Shown here: positions 14,236 through 29,975 of the stretch, piece after piece
Position numbering within the stretch: the first letter of the stretch is position 1
How the letters are laid out: each line of letters begins with the position of its first letter
NCBI RefSeq assembly: GCF_009914755.1
Contig: NC_060925.1
Direction: 5' to 3' (one strand)
From: the human T2T-CHM13v2.0 reference genome, Homo sapiens
DNA: 64,000 nt
Position numbers and translations under genes: made by a program
Notes under the pieces: generated by a model
The model's input: only the letters and a program-made list of their open reading frames with translations
The model's database searches: none
Told to the model about the DNA's origin: nothing

Positions 14236-17200
14236 CATGAGGTCTGAGACACTGTCTGGGAAACCACAGGGCTTTGCACAGACTAGGGCTGGATACACTT
14301 GGAGAACACTCAGGGGACTTCCATGTGATTAATTCAGTTCAACTTAACAAACACTGAATGGGGCCACCACAGGGAAAACCTCGCAGGGCATTGCGTGGAG
14401 CCCCACCTTCCCCTAAAGGCTGACTGGGTATGGCCGGGCAACAGTGTTTTTTCCTCAGTTCTGCTCTGAGGGGCACAAGGATCAGGCCTCCTGGGATGTT
14501 GCTATGTCTGCATTGGAAAAGCCTCTCTTAGGACCAAAGTCTTGATCTGGATGAATGAGGCTTAAGCTTTTCCTTTATTTCCTGTGGTAACTAAAAGAAA
14601 GGCCATGAAGAGGCTTTCCTACCAAATCACAGGAAGACGACAGACTAAGGAGAAGGAACACACTTTGACTGTGGAAGTCACAGAGTTCTTAAACCCAGTG
14701 AGAAGCCCTGTTGTTATTAAGAGTGGCCTTACCACAGCTGTGGCTTAGAAATGGGAAAGAAGGGAGGTGAGAGAGACCCACATGTGGGTGTGTGTGAGTG
14801 TGTGTTGATCTGCAGGCATGTGCTTTGGAGACTGAGCCCCACTGATACCAGGAAGGCAGGAATCCCTGCTGCCCAGCTGACAAGAGTGAGTCCCTGCGGG
14901 CCTCCTCCTTCCTCTCTCAGAGGCAGCGATCATGGTGGGGGAGGAGGCAAAATTGCTAAGAATAGCCACAGTCTTTGAGACTTGCTCTTTTCAAGGAATC
15001 AATAGAATTAGAAATGAGACATTAGCTCTAATCAGTCACATATGTTTGGGTTCTTAGCCCCTAGGAAAAGAATTTCTAGCTGTGGCTCCTCACCACAGCT
15101 AGTGGAGAAAATGCAACCTGGCAACGTGCAAAGCACATCTACACCTGTGGATTTGAGTGGGCCTCCTTCTGTCCTCTGGAAGGCTCAGGGACAAAAGCAC
15201 CCCTTCTCACATGCTGTCAGTCTGACACCTGGTCTGATTGGAAGTGGTCAGACTTCTGAGTAAGCATCCCCTATGTGGCTTTTCAACAAGTGTGGAAAAT
15301 TTCAGTGCACACATAACCCCAGGCAGAGCCACGAATTGGAGGCTGGAGGAGATCCCCTTCGCTGAGGCCCCCCGGTCCTTTGTCTTATTTGCTTATGTTT
15401 CTGAGACATGGAGGTGTTTGGGGAATTAGGTGCATAGTGAGAGGATGTTTTGGTTTTTGTTTTGTTTTACTTTTTATTCTATAAAAATGTAAACCTACCA
15501 ATAAGTTGTGAGAATAGCCAAATGAGCCCCCATGTCCGCTTCATGTATGTTCACTATCGGTCAGCAGGTTTTCACTGCAAACATAGGTTTCTCAGTATGG
15601 TTTCCTGACCACCTACATCACCCTCAGACCTCTTATATAGGATCTCAGGGCCACCGGGGCTACTGTACTTTGAGCAATTCCTCAGGTAATGTTTGTGTGC
15701 TGATAACTGTGAACTACCCTTTTGAAAGCCTCACACTGAGTCAGGTGTCTGTGAACTTGCCCCTTAGTTCTTTGTGTTACCAACTCCACAAGCTCCAATG
15801 AGTCACCAGAATATTGTGCTAATTGATATCGTCTCTTTAGGTCCTGCCTTACTCTTCCAGAAAAATAAACAAAGAAAATCAGCTCCTTTCTTTTTCTAAA
15901 ATAGCACTCTTCTACTCAGCAACTATGAATGGCCCTTATTCAAATTCCATAGACCTGCAATGAAAATAAAATATCATATTCAGATTTTTGCCAACTTTTA
16001 AATACTATAATTTATGATTCACCTTGAAAGCTGGTTTCCCTTGAAAGTTGTTTTTTATAGCCCTGGGCTCGTACTTAACTAGAAATGTCATCTGTGAATT
16101 ATTTGTGTATAGGTAATGAGTGTGAATACATGCGCACACACAAAGCACTAGTAGAGCTTTTAAATGTCAAAATTTAAATATTCTAAAGGAGCAAAGAACA
16201 AAATCAAATTTGTGGAGAGATTCTAACTCCAAAGTCTAATCTACAGTTGTTTATATTTTGTGGTCTGTAGCATGTCATTTAAAAGGAAAGAGTTAAGGAA
16301 ACAGGGGAGGGTGAGGTGGGAAAGGACAGGGATTGGTGTTAGGAGTGTACAGTATATGAGCTGTTGGCACATTAAAATTATAGTCAAGCAGCAAAGTCAC
16401 AGCCAGATAAGAGATGGGAGCCCATCCTCATATGCACCTTCAGATACTCACTAAACATCTCTCATACACGTTTGATTCCTCACACCATACAGTACACTTT
16501 TCACCGAGCAGGTGCTCAGCAGTTGAATGTTCATATGAATGCCATTCCTCAGCTTCTTCTGAAGGTGCCACTGACACAATTTTAGGGCTTACAGAGGGCC
16601 GGCCTGAAGATCTGGGATTCTGCCCTAGGGACCCACATTTTGGTGTCCCCTGTGGCTTCCGCTGCTCACAACCACCATGTTGCACAACTTTAGGAACCAC
16701 ATTCACTTACATAGAAGACAGTGTGAATGGAGACCTCAGACTTGGCACCTGGCAGCTCTGACTGTGCCCTGGACACCTTCTGGGAGAACTGCTGTGGTCA
16801 ATATGGGTGTGCCTCCCAGGGTTAGCGATTGGATTTGTGTGGTTCATATTTGCCCTCCTATTATTCATTCATTCACAAATGCTACTCTTCTAGTTTATGC
16901 TGCTTGTCCAGGGAATGGGCCCTCCTTCTCTCCCCTTTTATCCTTGACATGTCTAACCTTGTTCTATAAGTATAACAAACACCAAGAGTATCTGGGATGC
17001 TTAAAGTTGAAGACATCCCCTTTATTGGGGTTCTAATGGAAAGCCTTAGAGTTATGGCTCTTGTAGAAATGCAGAATAAGTATGAGATTTGGGGCACACA
17101 CTTTTTCAATTATAGGCAGCTCAAACCCACTATTGCTCCCCATCCATCTCAATCTGAAGGTGGGTGGGGCAGCTGCTCCTAAACATCTTTGCACACTTAA

Positions 17201-17330
17201 TCTCAAACCTCACTCATGCAGCTTCTAAATTTTTAAAAATTAAACCTAAGCCTTACAAAGTATACATTCTGATTTATATGAGTTTTGGCAAATAGGCACA
17301 CCAAATAAAAACCTTCGTAGTTGGAAATGA

Positions 17331-17729
<399 letters not shown>

Positions 17730-19280
17730 TAAACTTGGTGTTGTATGAAAGTTGGTATGTTCTCCCATCCTTAAATTTATTTTTGAGCCCTGCTTTCGAT
17801 GAGGAAAGCTCTAGAAAGTCGAGTCTCAGAGGAAATGGTACCAAGCTAAGCAGAGATTCTGTTGTAGGAGCTGGAGGTATATAGTAGGGGGTGGAATTAT
17901 TTCTGGCTCAGTTCATCTTCTGGAAAGTTACCGTATTGCCCAATGTCCGGGGCCCAAAGATGCCGGTGAATTCAGACTTGATTGAAGCCACTGCTATCCA
18001 AGAAGCTCTGACATAATGAATCAACATGGCAGCAATCAGTATAGGATAGTAACACATTTTTAGTCCTGGCACAAGTTTATTGTTCTGAGTTACTATGCCA
18101 TTGTAAGCATTTCCCTGCAGTGAGTTAACCTTGGTCTTGACCTGAATCTTCAGCAAACTTAAGCTTGTCCCATAAAAGCACTGAAAGCTGAAGCCTTTTC
18201 ACTGACAGTGCCCTCGTTCCTTGCCATGAGAGGGGGACTGACAGGAGCAGCCAGGCTGGCTAAGTCAGCTGGGGCTCAGAGCAGAGTGCCAGCTCAAAAG
18301 AGAAATATTTAATAAAAAATGGAGGCAGAAGCCCAGTTATACAAATTAGGCTGTCTGATGGAGACAGGGATAGCTCTGGCTTTTTATTTAAAAAAAAAAT
18401 TATTTCCTAAGTACTCATTTTAAACCCTCCTCTGTTTTAATGGAAGGTGCTGCCCCTTTAACATATGTCCTTTAAAGTAAGAGTACCTCCTTCCCAGATA
18501 CGTGCAGAGCCCAGCCCTACCCAGTTCTGAAGCCACTCTGACACAGACCAATGTTTTTTCAGGGGCTCAGGCCTTTATCTCACAGGTCTGCAACCTGTTC
18601 TGTTGCTACAGGCACCATATCTAGTGCTGTAGTAGACACTAGGAGACAAAGGCGAAAAGGCTTTCATTCCTGACACAGCCTGCATATTTGCTCTAATTTG
18701 AAGTGGTGTGAACACACTGCCAAGGAAGCCCAGAGGAGGGAAGGAATAAAGCTGCCTTGAAGGACAAAGAGGAAGTGTTTCCAGAGGAGGCAACGATTGA
18801 ATGGGACGAAAGCTTCACAGGACTTCACTGAACCAGAGGATGGAGAAGGACACTCTTAGGATAGGAAAAGTTGAAAAATCCCAAAGAGGCATGTTACACT
18901 ATGAAGCGTTTGGACAATGGGCTACACAAGGTTGAAATGGGAGGTTGGAATAAACTGTTGAAGAGCTTTTAGCAGCCATGGTAAAGTGTCTGGATTTTAT
19001 CTCAATGCAGCAAGGGCAGGGGGTGAAGAATCACATAATAAAATAGGCAATCTGCTCCTGAAATAACCAATACAGAATTTAATTATTTTCTGGTGGGTGT
19101 GCAGAAAAGCGTAATGAATTTTAGAGTCAGAGGGCCTAGATTTGAATCCCGCATCAGTTAATTACAAACCATGTGATCTTGACCAATTTTTTAACAGTAA
19201 AAAGAGGCTAGTAAGTGTATCAGTCTCACAGGGTTGTAGGGAGAATGAAAAGAGAACAAAAAGAAAGTGAAAATCACCTA

Positions 19281-19598
<318 letters not shown>

Positions 19599-19849
19599 TT
19601 ATGCTGTACAGCATTAAGCAAATGTTAGTCACTCATATTGTTATTTGGTGCCAAAAAGAGAGATGTTGGGGTAGTATCTATTTGTTTAATATCCTTCCTC
19701 TTTGTTATAGAGAATTCTTGGTTTTTCAGCAGTCCAAATGTTAATGTGATACGTGCTTTCCACGTGTCATGAAAACCCTTATTAGATGTATTACTTCTAA
19801 ATTTAGCATATAGCCTAGCATATACAAGAACTAAAGAAAACTAGCATTG

Positions 19850-20070
19850 TTTTTAGTACTTTCCGGTGCCAAACAGTTGGCAAACATCATCTTATTTAAT
19901 CTTCACTATAACACTCTGAGGCTGTTATTGTTCCCATTCTACAGATTAAGAAATTAAAATGGAAAGTTAATTAACTTGTCCAGAAGAATTAGCAAGTGGT
20001 AAAACTTAGATTTGAATGCCATGTTTACATGGACTCTATCTAATACCTGAGCTTTGTTCCACCACACTGC
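19850..20070 (-). mobile_element. MIR
   Basis: TCTTATTTAATCTTCAC...CCCATTCTACAGATTAAGAAATT. Confidence 0.7.
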
Positions 20071-21689
20071 ACTAGAAAGAACACATAGTTGGTGCTCACA
20101 GTAAGCAGCCCACATCTTTTTTCCCTGGTAACTGCCCCAAATTCTTGCCCTTGATGAAAGGCGTCCTGAGATGGCCATGCTTATAAAACACGACTCCATG
20201 GCCACAGCAGACTGGACTGCTCCTGATCCAACCTGGGCTAATCACATTCCCCTTTCTGAAATTTGGGACACTCAGCATTGGAGCTAATCATCTGTGGTAA
20301 TCAGGCTGAAAGGACTAGCAGAATTAGGACCTGAACCCACAGTATGGCAAGCCAAATTCAGATTCAGGCTGGAGAATGGGGAAGCAGAATCCATAAGTCA
20401 AGAGAAAACCACAATGTCCTGAGAGGAGGATGGAGCTGCACAAACAGGATCAAAGATGGGGAATCCTGTATTCCGAGATGGAGTGATGTGTGAAGGTTTG
20501 TCTCAGCTCCCTGTGGCCTTCCAGTTCCCAGCTCCAATTCACATGAGATCTTGATACCTTTACAACAGTCTCTATCTTTATTTAAACTAGCTGGCCCTAC
20601 AATCAAAGAGCCTTGACTGAAACACCTCACAGTAAATACTTGCTGAATGATTGGCTGATGAGTATATCTTTTTTACTTCTCTAGGTGTCTGTCTTCATCC
20701 TAAGGAGTCAACTGCTATACCTTAGTGATTTCAATGTAATTGTTTGGTCTGTAAGTCATTCTTGCCACTGTGGTTCTGGGGCCATTGTTCTGCAACGATG
20801 AATAAACAATGTTTTAGAAATCACTCATCCAAGAAAGGTGACAAGATACTGGAATAGAGGTATTTGAAAAATATTCATGGGAATTTTAGAGGATTGTAGA
20901 TGGTCTGAATACCTGTGAAGACATCATCTAATGTATCTAAAAACCACATAATGCTTCATCTCAATGTATTTTAAGAATTAATTTTGTTATAAGCTAGAAT
21001 TTTTCATTTTGGTTTTAATAATAACATCAAAAGGATTTTTTAACATAAATTAGAAAGGGCATACATGGAGAAGTAAAGAAGAATTCTTCTTGGGATTAGC
21101 CAAAAATTAGTGAGAGATTACATATTTCCTTAGATGAAAAATCCTACAGGCAAACTTTTAATGTCAGGGAGAGGAATACTTTATTACCTAATAATGTAGA
21201 TGAAAAGAATAGCTAAGCATTCTTTTTTAAAGCAGTATACAGAAATGAGGGAAAGGCTAAGAGGTTAACTCATTTCTATTTTGAACTCTATTTTTTTTAA
21301 AACCCTTGCTCCAAATTTTACTTACTATCTTTTAAATGTCATCCTGCTAGAGTGTAAGTCTTTAGTTTTAGTTGCTTAATAAAAATTAATTTTTTGTGAC
21401 AAAAGGCATACCATTCAGAAAGTGTGCTATATTTTTTTCTGACTCAGTTACCCAGACCTAAGGGGATGCAGAGAGTGTGGATATCATGGCTGCCGCCCAG
21501 GCAGCAGCTTCCAAGGTCAGTGCCTGGGCAGAAAAGAAGCATCACCTTTGGAATATTAGTCATGTTGATATGTAACAATTAAACGATTGCAGGCATCACA
21601 GTGCCACTTTCCAATGCACCAAATTCATTTCCAATGTGAGCTTTTAGTATGTGGAACACCTGCCAGCTGTGGAGAAATGCAAAATGCAC

Positions 21690-21850
21690 TGAATTAGGAG
21701 TCAGAGGGCTAGGCTGCCATCTGTCACTTTTACTTATGTGCTGTGTGGGCTTGGGCAAACCATTCAACTTTTGGGGGCTCAATTTTCTCATTGGTAAAAC
21801 AGTGATGGTAGGAGAGAGGTCCTTGGAAAGTCTTCACTTTCTAGGATTGT
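21690..21850 (+). mobile_element. MIR/MIR3
   Basis: TGCTGTGTGGGCTTGGGCAAACCATTCAAC...CTCAATTTTCTCATTGGTAAAA. Confidence 0.65.
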
Positions 21851-23109
21851 GGGATTGAATCTTCTCAAGAGGTTGTGGATACTTCCTAGAGCAAAACAAG
21901 CACTCCAAACATGCTGGCTCCTTCCTTCATTTCTTCCTGCAGTACTGAGCACTGACAAGGCTACAGTAAAGCTGGCTCTGCCAACCAAGAATAGCATGAT
22001 CTGCGACGTCTGCCTGCTATACCCTGGCCCAGCCACTCAGTGTTCCTGCTGCTTGGTGGGTGGAAGAAGACATGAGCCGGTGATGCTACCTGAGCAGATG
22101 GAAACCTTGTCTCTTAAGACTTTAAGCACTTGGGGAGCAACTAACTCTTTTCCATATTTGGATTTCAAAATAAAATCCCTAAACTGGATAGCAATCTAAT
22201 TTAAAACTAGAATGACCAAGTGGTTCCATTGATCAGAGTCTGAGAAATAGAAAAAGCAGCTCCACCAGAAATATTTAGAAAAGGAGGCTCTGAGCTGAGG
22301 GTGGGCCTAGTTTGGGAGGCATCAGCATGAGGAACTGGAAGTGGACAAGGACAAGGACAAGGATGCCTTAACATTTCTTCATCAATGGCCAACGGCTTTG
22401 TAAGAGAGGATTCCCCACTTGGGATCAATAAGCAGTTCTCAGCTGATATTCCTTAAAGCATATGAAAGTGTGGAAGCAATCATACTGTGGGGGAGTTTCC
22501 ATGAGGCTCCAAGCATGCTTAAGTGAAAGAATGAAAGCTGCCTAGAGAGCTCAAGAGAGAGGAAGAGAAACAGCTGTGAGCATCTCTGGAAGAAAGAAAT
22601 GTATAATATATGCACACGGGGTGGGAAAGAGAGCAAAGGAGTGGGGAAAACAGCAGGAAACAGCATATTTCCATTCATTTCACTTTTAAAAACATAATTG
22701 TTTAAAAAAATTCAGGGACTGGTTCATACTATATGAGAATTTGCTTTTTAAAAAATGAGCAAACAAATCAGGCTTTAACTTAAAAATTACAATAATGCCA
22801 CCTTTACTATTCACTATCTCATCAATGTGGGCTTGACAGTACTTACTAGAATAACAAGGTTTAATATTTTAGTAGACAGTAGAATTTAATGCTACACACA
22901 CTGAATTTAACTTGCACTTAGCTTGAAATTGGATGAAATTGGACAGACTGATTCAAAGATGGAAATCAGGTCTATACTGCTTCTTCTTTAGGGTAGATTA
23001 AAGGATTGTTGGTCTGTAAAGCAATCAAGATGATAGGAATATGTGTTGAAAAACTAAATTAAAAGCAAGATGGAAAAGGGGGAGGTAGCTGCCACCTAGT
23101 ATGCTGTAC

Positions 23110-23245
23110 CTCGACTTAATCTTTCTGAGTCTTGGTTTCCTCATCTGCAAAATGATTATAATACCACCCATTTCATAGGCTTGTTGTGAAGATAAGGTTA
23201 CACAAGGACTTACAACAGCTCAGTAGATACTGAGTAAATAAATGG
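23110..23245 (+). mobile_element. MIR
   Basis: CTTAATCTTTCTGAGTCTTGGTTTCCTCATCTGCAAAATG. Confidence 0.7.
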
Positions 23246-23320
23246 TTTACTTTCTCTGGCAGACCCCTCTGCCCAGATCCACAGTCACCAGTGTTCCTGG
23301 CAATCATTTGTTGGCTGCCA

Positions 23321-23455
23321 TGTAGAAATACATGACATATCATCTAAGGCAAATAAGGTATTGTAGAAATAAATGACAAGTCATCTAAGGCAAATAAGGT
23401 ATTGTAGAAATACATGACATGTCATGTATTGTCATATAAGGCAAATTGGGTATTG
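23321..23455. repeat. 41-bp tandem repeat (~3 copies)
   Basis: TGTAGAAATACATGACATATCATCTAAGGCAAATAAGGTAT units at 23321, 23362 and 23403. Confidence 0.9.
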
Positions 23456-25094
23456 GTGACTGGATCTAAGTTTTCCCTTTTTCCAACCTTGAGGGATGGG
23501 AGTTAAGTTAGGAAAATGGATATTTTGTCTTTCTTGCTGTGTCAGAGACTTGTTGGTTAGGAGTAGGAGATGATGGCTATTTTGATGTCTCCGTTAATCA
23601 TAGACTAGATGGTTACCAGGCAGCTGAAACATTTTCTGGCATGGTTGACTTACTGCTGCCCTATAGGGAGATAGCTTTACAGAGGTTCCCAAAGGAAACT
23701 CAACAATGTGTCCACTCCTCTTGGATATTATGCTAGGCACGTTCAAATGCAACATCTCATTTGCCCTTCAGATTTGCCATGGTAATATCTCCACTTTAAG
23801 GAAGAAAAGACTTAACTGAGAAGGATTGAATTGTTTGCCTGCATACTTATTTTTTTCAGTATCTATACTGAGACTAGAGGTAACATTGAGCCTGAGTTCC
23901 TTGTGAGCTGGTAGAAGATGAAGGAAATAAGAAAGGGTAAGGACCAAGCTTGTCAACACTGATTTCAAGTCTCCATTGCTTCTGCTGTGTACATCTCTGC
24001 AACGTTCTCAAGGCACCTCTGGAGTTGTCCAGCACACAGAGAATCTCTCCAGCCATCCACAGCACCCCTCAAAGCCTAAGCTCAGGAAGTCAGCCACAGC
24101 CCACTCTGCATGCCAGTGCAGACAGCTACCCATGGAAGGACCTGTTTCAGAACTCACTTTATTTCATCAATGAGCTTCATTTCACTGACAAGCAAACATG
24201 TCTAGGTCGGCCATGAGTGATTCTCTAGGGAGAGCTGAGTTACGGGATGATTCGCAAGTTTCTCATACATATATGATATATATGATATATGTATATATGA
24301 GATAGATATATATATATAATCTCACTTAATTCTTGCAACCACCCTATGAAGTAAACATTATTACTCTCTACAGACAAAAAAGTTCAAGGTGGTTAGGAGG
24401 TTTGCTGAAGGTCACAAGAAGTGGCAAAGCAGTAAGGCACAATGCTGTCTAATACTGAAGTCTTTCCACCTCACCGTAGGATCTCTCAAATAATTAATAC
24501 TTACACTAAAATGGGGGGCATCAAACCTGGGCTCTGTGATTTAAAGTCTGCTGCTTTCCTAAATGAAATTCTTCCACTATAAAGTTAACTTTATCCCTTC
24601 ATCCCCTATACCAAGATAAATTCATGGATCAGAGATTGGAAGAGTGATTGTTCCTTGTAAGGCATCTCTTAAATTTATGATCCTAGTAACTGGGGACCTC
24701 CTGCTGGATTAGCCTTGCATCTTTCCTCGCTTCCATCATAGAGGCTAACAAGACTGTTGATTCTTTCTTTCTAATGTTTCCTGTGTTCACTCCTGTCTAT
24801 CCAGTCCCACTGTCACCACTCTCCTACATTATTTTAATAGTCTCCTAATTTCTTGCCTCCAAACTTTCCTTGTCTTTTCCCATTCTAAATCCTGCTGCTA
24901 GATAATCTTCTCAAAACATCATTTTGCAATGTCAGCTCTCATTCAGAAACCCTCCATTGACACCATGCAGCCATTTAGGCTGATAATGGAAAATAACAGT
25001 TAATGACATGATATGGAAAAAATGTTCAGAGTATGTTATTAAGTGAAAAGAAAACAGATTACAAAATACATAGAATGTTAATATTGGTGATCTG

Positions 25095-25473
<379 letters not shown>

Positions 25474-25756
25474 TTATTCTTGTAAAAAGATAAAAAAGCT
25501 ACTATAAAAATAAGAAAAATACACTCAGAGTAGTGAAAAATAAAACAATAATGAGCTTCCAGTTTTTACAATTTCATTGGCAAAAAAGTAAAAGTTATCA
25601 TAACCAGGGTTGGCAGGGAAATGGCATGCTCATACAATTGTCAGTGGGAATGCAAACTGATAACAATCTTTGTGGAAGGTGATGTGCAGGTTTCATCAAA
25701 GTGACAAATTCACATAAGCTTTGGCCCAATAATTCTAAGAGTCCATCATATAGAAA

Positions 25757-25942
25757 GATGGTTCTCAAAGTTTGATATAGACCAACAGCATCAATATCAT
25801 CTGAGAACTTGTTAAAATGCATGATCTCAGGCCCCACCACTTACCTATTAAATCAGAATTTCTGGGGGTGAGATCCAGGAATTTGTGTTATAACAAGACC
25901 TCCGAGTGATTCTAATGCGTGTTTAGAATTTGGGAGCCACTG
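25757..25942. mobile_element. MER5A (hAT-Charlie) within an L1ME fragment
   Basis: TGGTTCTCAAAGTTTG...CAGCATCAATATCATCTGAGAACTTGTT...TGATTCTAATGC...TTTGGGAGCCACTG. Confidence 0.8.
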
Positions 25943-27407
25943 ATATAGAAATACCCTTTCTAAGGAAGTACCTTTGTGTGAACAAGAGCCAATGATAAAA
26001 AGTTGCTAAATAGATTAGACTGATGTATCCTGTGAAATACAATGCATTGGTTAAAGAACAAAAGTATTAGCATGGAGAGATCATTGGAATATATAACTTA
26101 GTAAAAAAAGAACAAGTTACAGAAATATATACCTATAATATTACTAACCAAAGTCAAAGTATACTTTATGTACTCATGAGTAAATGTTTTATTTACTCAT
26201 AAGTAATAAAAAAATTCATTTATTACATATGTTTAAAAAAAATCCTCCCTTTGGCTTCTATTGCCTATAAGACAGAATCCAAACTTCTTAGCCTCATAAT
26301 GAAGGTTCTATGTGATGTGCTTCAAACCTGATTCTCCAACTTCCCCCACCCTACCCCAGTATTTCTATAAAGAAACTCTGCTTTTTAATCAACCTGTTCT
26401 GAGAATGGCTTAATACTTAGTCTTATCTCCATTTTGTAGGTAGGGAAACTGAGAAGGGTGTCGGTGGAGCAAATCCTTGCCCACGGTCACATGGGCAGCA
26501 TTTGAACCTGGAGCCAGTTCCCTGTGGTCCAACTCCAGTGCTTGCTCCATCCTCCAGACTGGTTGGCTAATTGTTTCCCAAACACTCTGGTATACACCTT
26601 TTTGCCTTTGTTTATGTCATTTTTCTTTCTTAAAATGCTCTGAATCAAGTCTTACATCCTCCACGAAGTTTTTCTTAGGAGGCCTAATCATGAGGAATCA
26701 TCCAGGGTCACCACACATTGGGGGTAAACCTTTCATCATACGTGGAGCCTACTTTGCCTGTGGTTCTCTGTTGCACTTCAGGTCTATTTCTCCAAGAAGA
26801 CTGTCACACCCTAGGGCAGGGACTGCTCTCTTCTTTTTTGTTCTCAGTATTTAATCTGCAATAAATGACTATAGTTGATGAAAATGATGATAGACTTGTA
26901 CTAACACATATTTCTATTGATATGTTAGTAATTTGACTTCTGTAACAGCAGTGACCATCAGAACAAGCAATCAGAGAAGCAGACCAGTCCTTAGAAACCA
27001 GGAGCTGGGGTCGGGATGGAAATGAGACTTCTCTAGGAATACCTTTTCATATAGTTTTGACTTCTGAGTTATAGAAATGTCTTACTTATTCACAAAATAA
27101 AATTAAATATGAAAAGATGAAAAATAAACAAACCTTAAATCAAATACAAAAGCAAACAAATGAATCTAGCTGTATATCACATTGATAACCTCACCACACA
27201 GAGAAAAGAATTCAAGTAAAATTCTGAATATAGTACTCTGTGTTCACTACCTCAGTGGGAAATGTTCTAGAGATAAAAGTAATTCCAAAGAAATTTTAAC
27301 TTTACTTAGTTGGTTACTTTTAAATAATTATAATGTTACTGGCATTCTGAAACTATTCTGTGCATGCTGTTGGACAAAACAAATAAGTAAGTATATCAGT
27401 GTCACTA

Positions 27408-27995
27408 CATGGTAGGCAGAATAATGCTCCTTTTTCCAAGGTGTCCACACCTGGAACCTATGATTATGTTATGTTACGTGGCAAAAGCAACTTAGCAGGT
27501 GGAATTCAGGTTACCTTAAGATAGGAAAATTATTGCAGATTATCTCAGTGGGCCCAGTGAGTTTACATGGGCCCTTAACAGTGAAAGATGAGGGAAGAAT
27601 CATAGGCAAGAAAGATGCAACAGCGAAGAAGAGGCAGGAGCAGGAGAGATTCAAAGCACCAGAAGGACTCAAACTGCCTTTGCTGGTTTTGAAGATGAAG
27701 GAAAGGGGCCATGTACCAAGGCACTCAGATGGCCTCTAGATGCTGGGAAAGGCCCTCAGTGGACAGCAAGAAAATGGGGACCTTAGTCCTACAACCACAA
27801 GGAACTAAATTCTTCCAACAACCTCAATGAGCAAGTAAATAGATTCTCTCCTAGATACTCCAGAAAGCACTACAGCCCTGTCAACACTTAGATTTTAGTC
27901 TGGTGTGACCCTTGTGAGACTGCTACAGAAATGTAAGATAATAAATATGTGCTGTTTCAAGATGATGCTGATAAACTTATGGTAATGTATATAGC
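27408..27995 (+). mobile_element. MLT1 (MLT1D/E-like) MaLR LTR
   Basis: TGGTAGGCAGAATAATG...TACAACCACAAGGAACTAAATTC...GTAAGATAATAAAT. Confidence 0.8.
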
Positions 27996-27999
27996 AGCA

Positions 28000-28360
28000 T
28001 AGTAGTTTGCTAGGGTTGCCATACCAAGTTACCACAAAATTGGTGGCTTAAACAACAGGAATGTATTGTCTCATGGTTCTATCCAAAATCAGAGTGTCAG
28101 CAGGGCGGTCCTTTCTGAGGGCTGTGAGAGAAGGATCTGTTCCAGGCCCCTCTCCTGGGCTGGCAGATGGCCATCTTTTCCCTGAGTCTTCAGATCATCT
28201 TCCCTCTGTATGTACCTCTGCACCTGAATCTCCCCTTTCACCAGAATTATTAGATTAGGACCCACCTTAATGACCACATTTTACTTGATTACCTCTGTAA
28301 ATACCCTATCTCCAAATAAGGTTATATTCTGAAATAATAGGGGTTAGGGAATTCACTATA
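28000..28360 (-). mobile_element. MLT1A-like MaLR LTR
   Basis: TAGTTTGCTAGGGTTGCCATACCAAG...GGTGGCTTAAACAACAG...CCCTATCTCCAAATAAGG. Confidence 0.8.
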
Positions 28361-29042
28361 TATAATTTAATTTATATACATACATGTACATATGACATAC
28401 AATACATATTATATATAATATGTATTGTATATACATATATACACATTTCCCCCCAACCACGTCAACTGAAAAAAATCGAAAAGCAATAATATTCCTGCAG
28501 CAGTGAGCACAGCTAGCACCCAGATCTTGATTTCTAAGCAACATTTCCCACTAAAGAAATCAGGGCTCTCTGAAGAAATATGTGCTTCTGGCTCTGTTAC
28601 AGGGCAAACACAAATGAGCCTGGGGAGTCCTGGTGTGCCAGAAAGAAAGGAAGGGCCTAAAGATCAATGGGGTCATGTCAAAAGGACACAGGATCCTGTT
28701 TGAAGAGGTTCCCAATGGCCAAATTTGGGGTAATTTCAATATCAAGAAGGAAACAACAGTAATGGATTATAATCCATTGAATTTTTTTAAGTCCTTGAGT
28801 CCATTATGATACTAAAAGAGCATACTAAAAAAAAAGAAAGCCATCTAATAAATGTAGAAGAGTGATAAAATTAGAAAATCACAATATTTTGGCCTCTAAT
28901 GTAACAATTGATTCAGGCAAGGATCATCAACAGATACCAACCACTGAGTAAAAGGTTTTGGCATTTTAGGATATTTACAGAGCATCAGTATATTATCCCA
29001 CAAATTATTTGTTAATTACAAAGGAGGAAAGATACCTTTTAA

Positions 29043-29367
<325 letters not shown>

Positions 29368-29635
29368 TGGTGGCTACTACTTTAAATGATCAAGCTTAGC
29401 ATCACCAATATTGGAACAATCTGATATTCTGTGTGACTTCTGATAAGAGGCATTCATGATATGACATACATTGATGGGATATTTTTACCAAAAAATATTT
29501 AACTTGTATCTAACTGTGAAGAACAAACATGTAAATCCAGAATGTGGCACATTCTATAGACAATTGGCCTGGAGTCTTCAAAAAGGTCAATGTCATTAAA
29601 AAACAAAAACAAAACTACAACTGAAAAAGAAGATA

Positions 29636-29934
<299 letters not shown>

Positions 29935-29975
29935 GAAGATAGAGGGATCATTTCCGATTAAAAGAAACTAAAGAA

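Noticed and set aside
17908-18420. 82-aa minus ORF with upstream A/T-rich and E-box motifs as a small gene and promoter
   Set aside because: Non-ATG start, no similarity to a protein I recognise, and the motifs are short and inexact.
23321-23455. Tandem repeats (also 2737-2841) as CRISPR-like arrays
   Set aside because: Eukaryotic DNA, contiguous units without unique spacers, and no cas genes.
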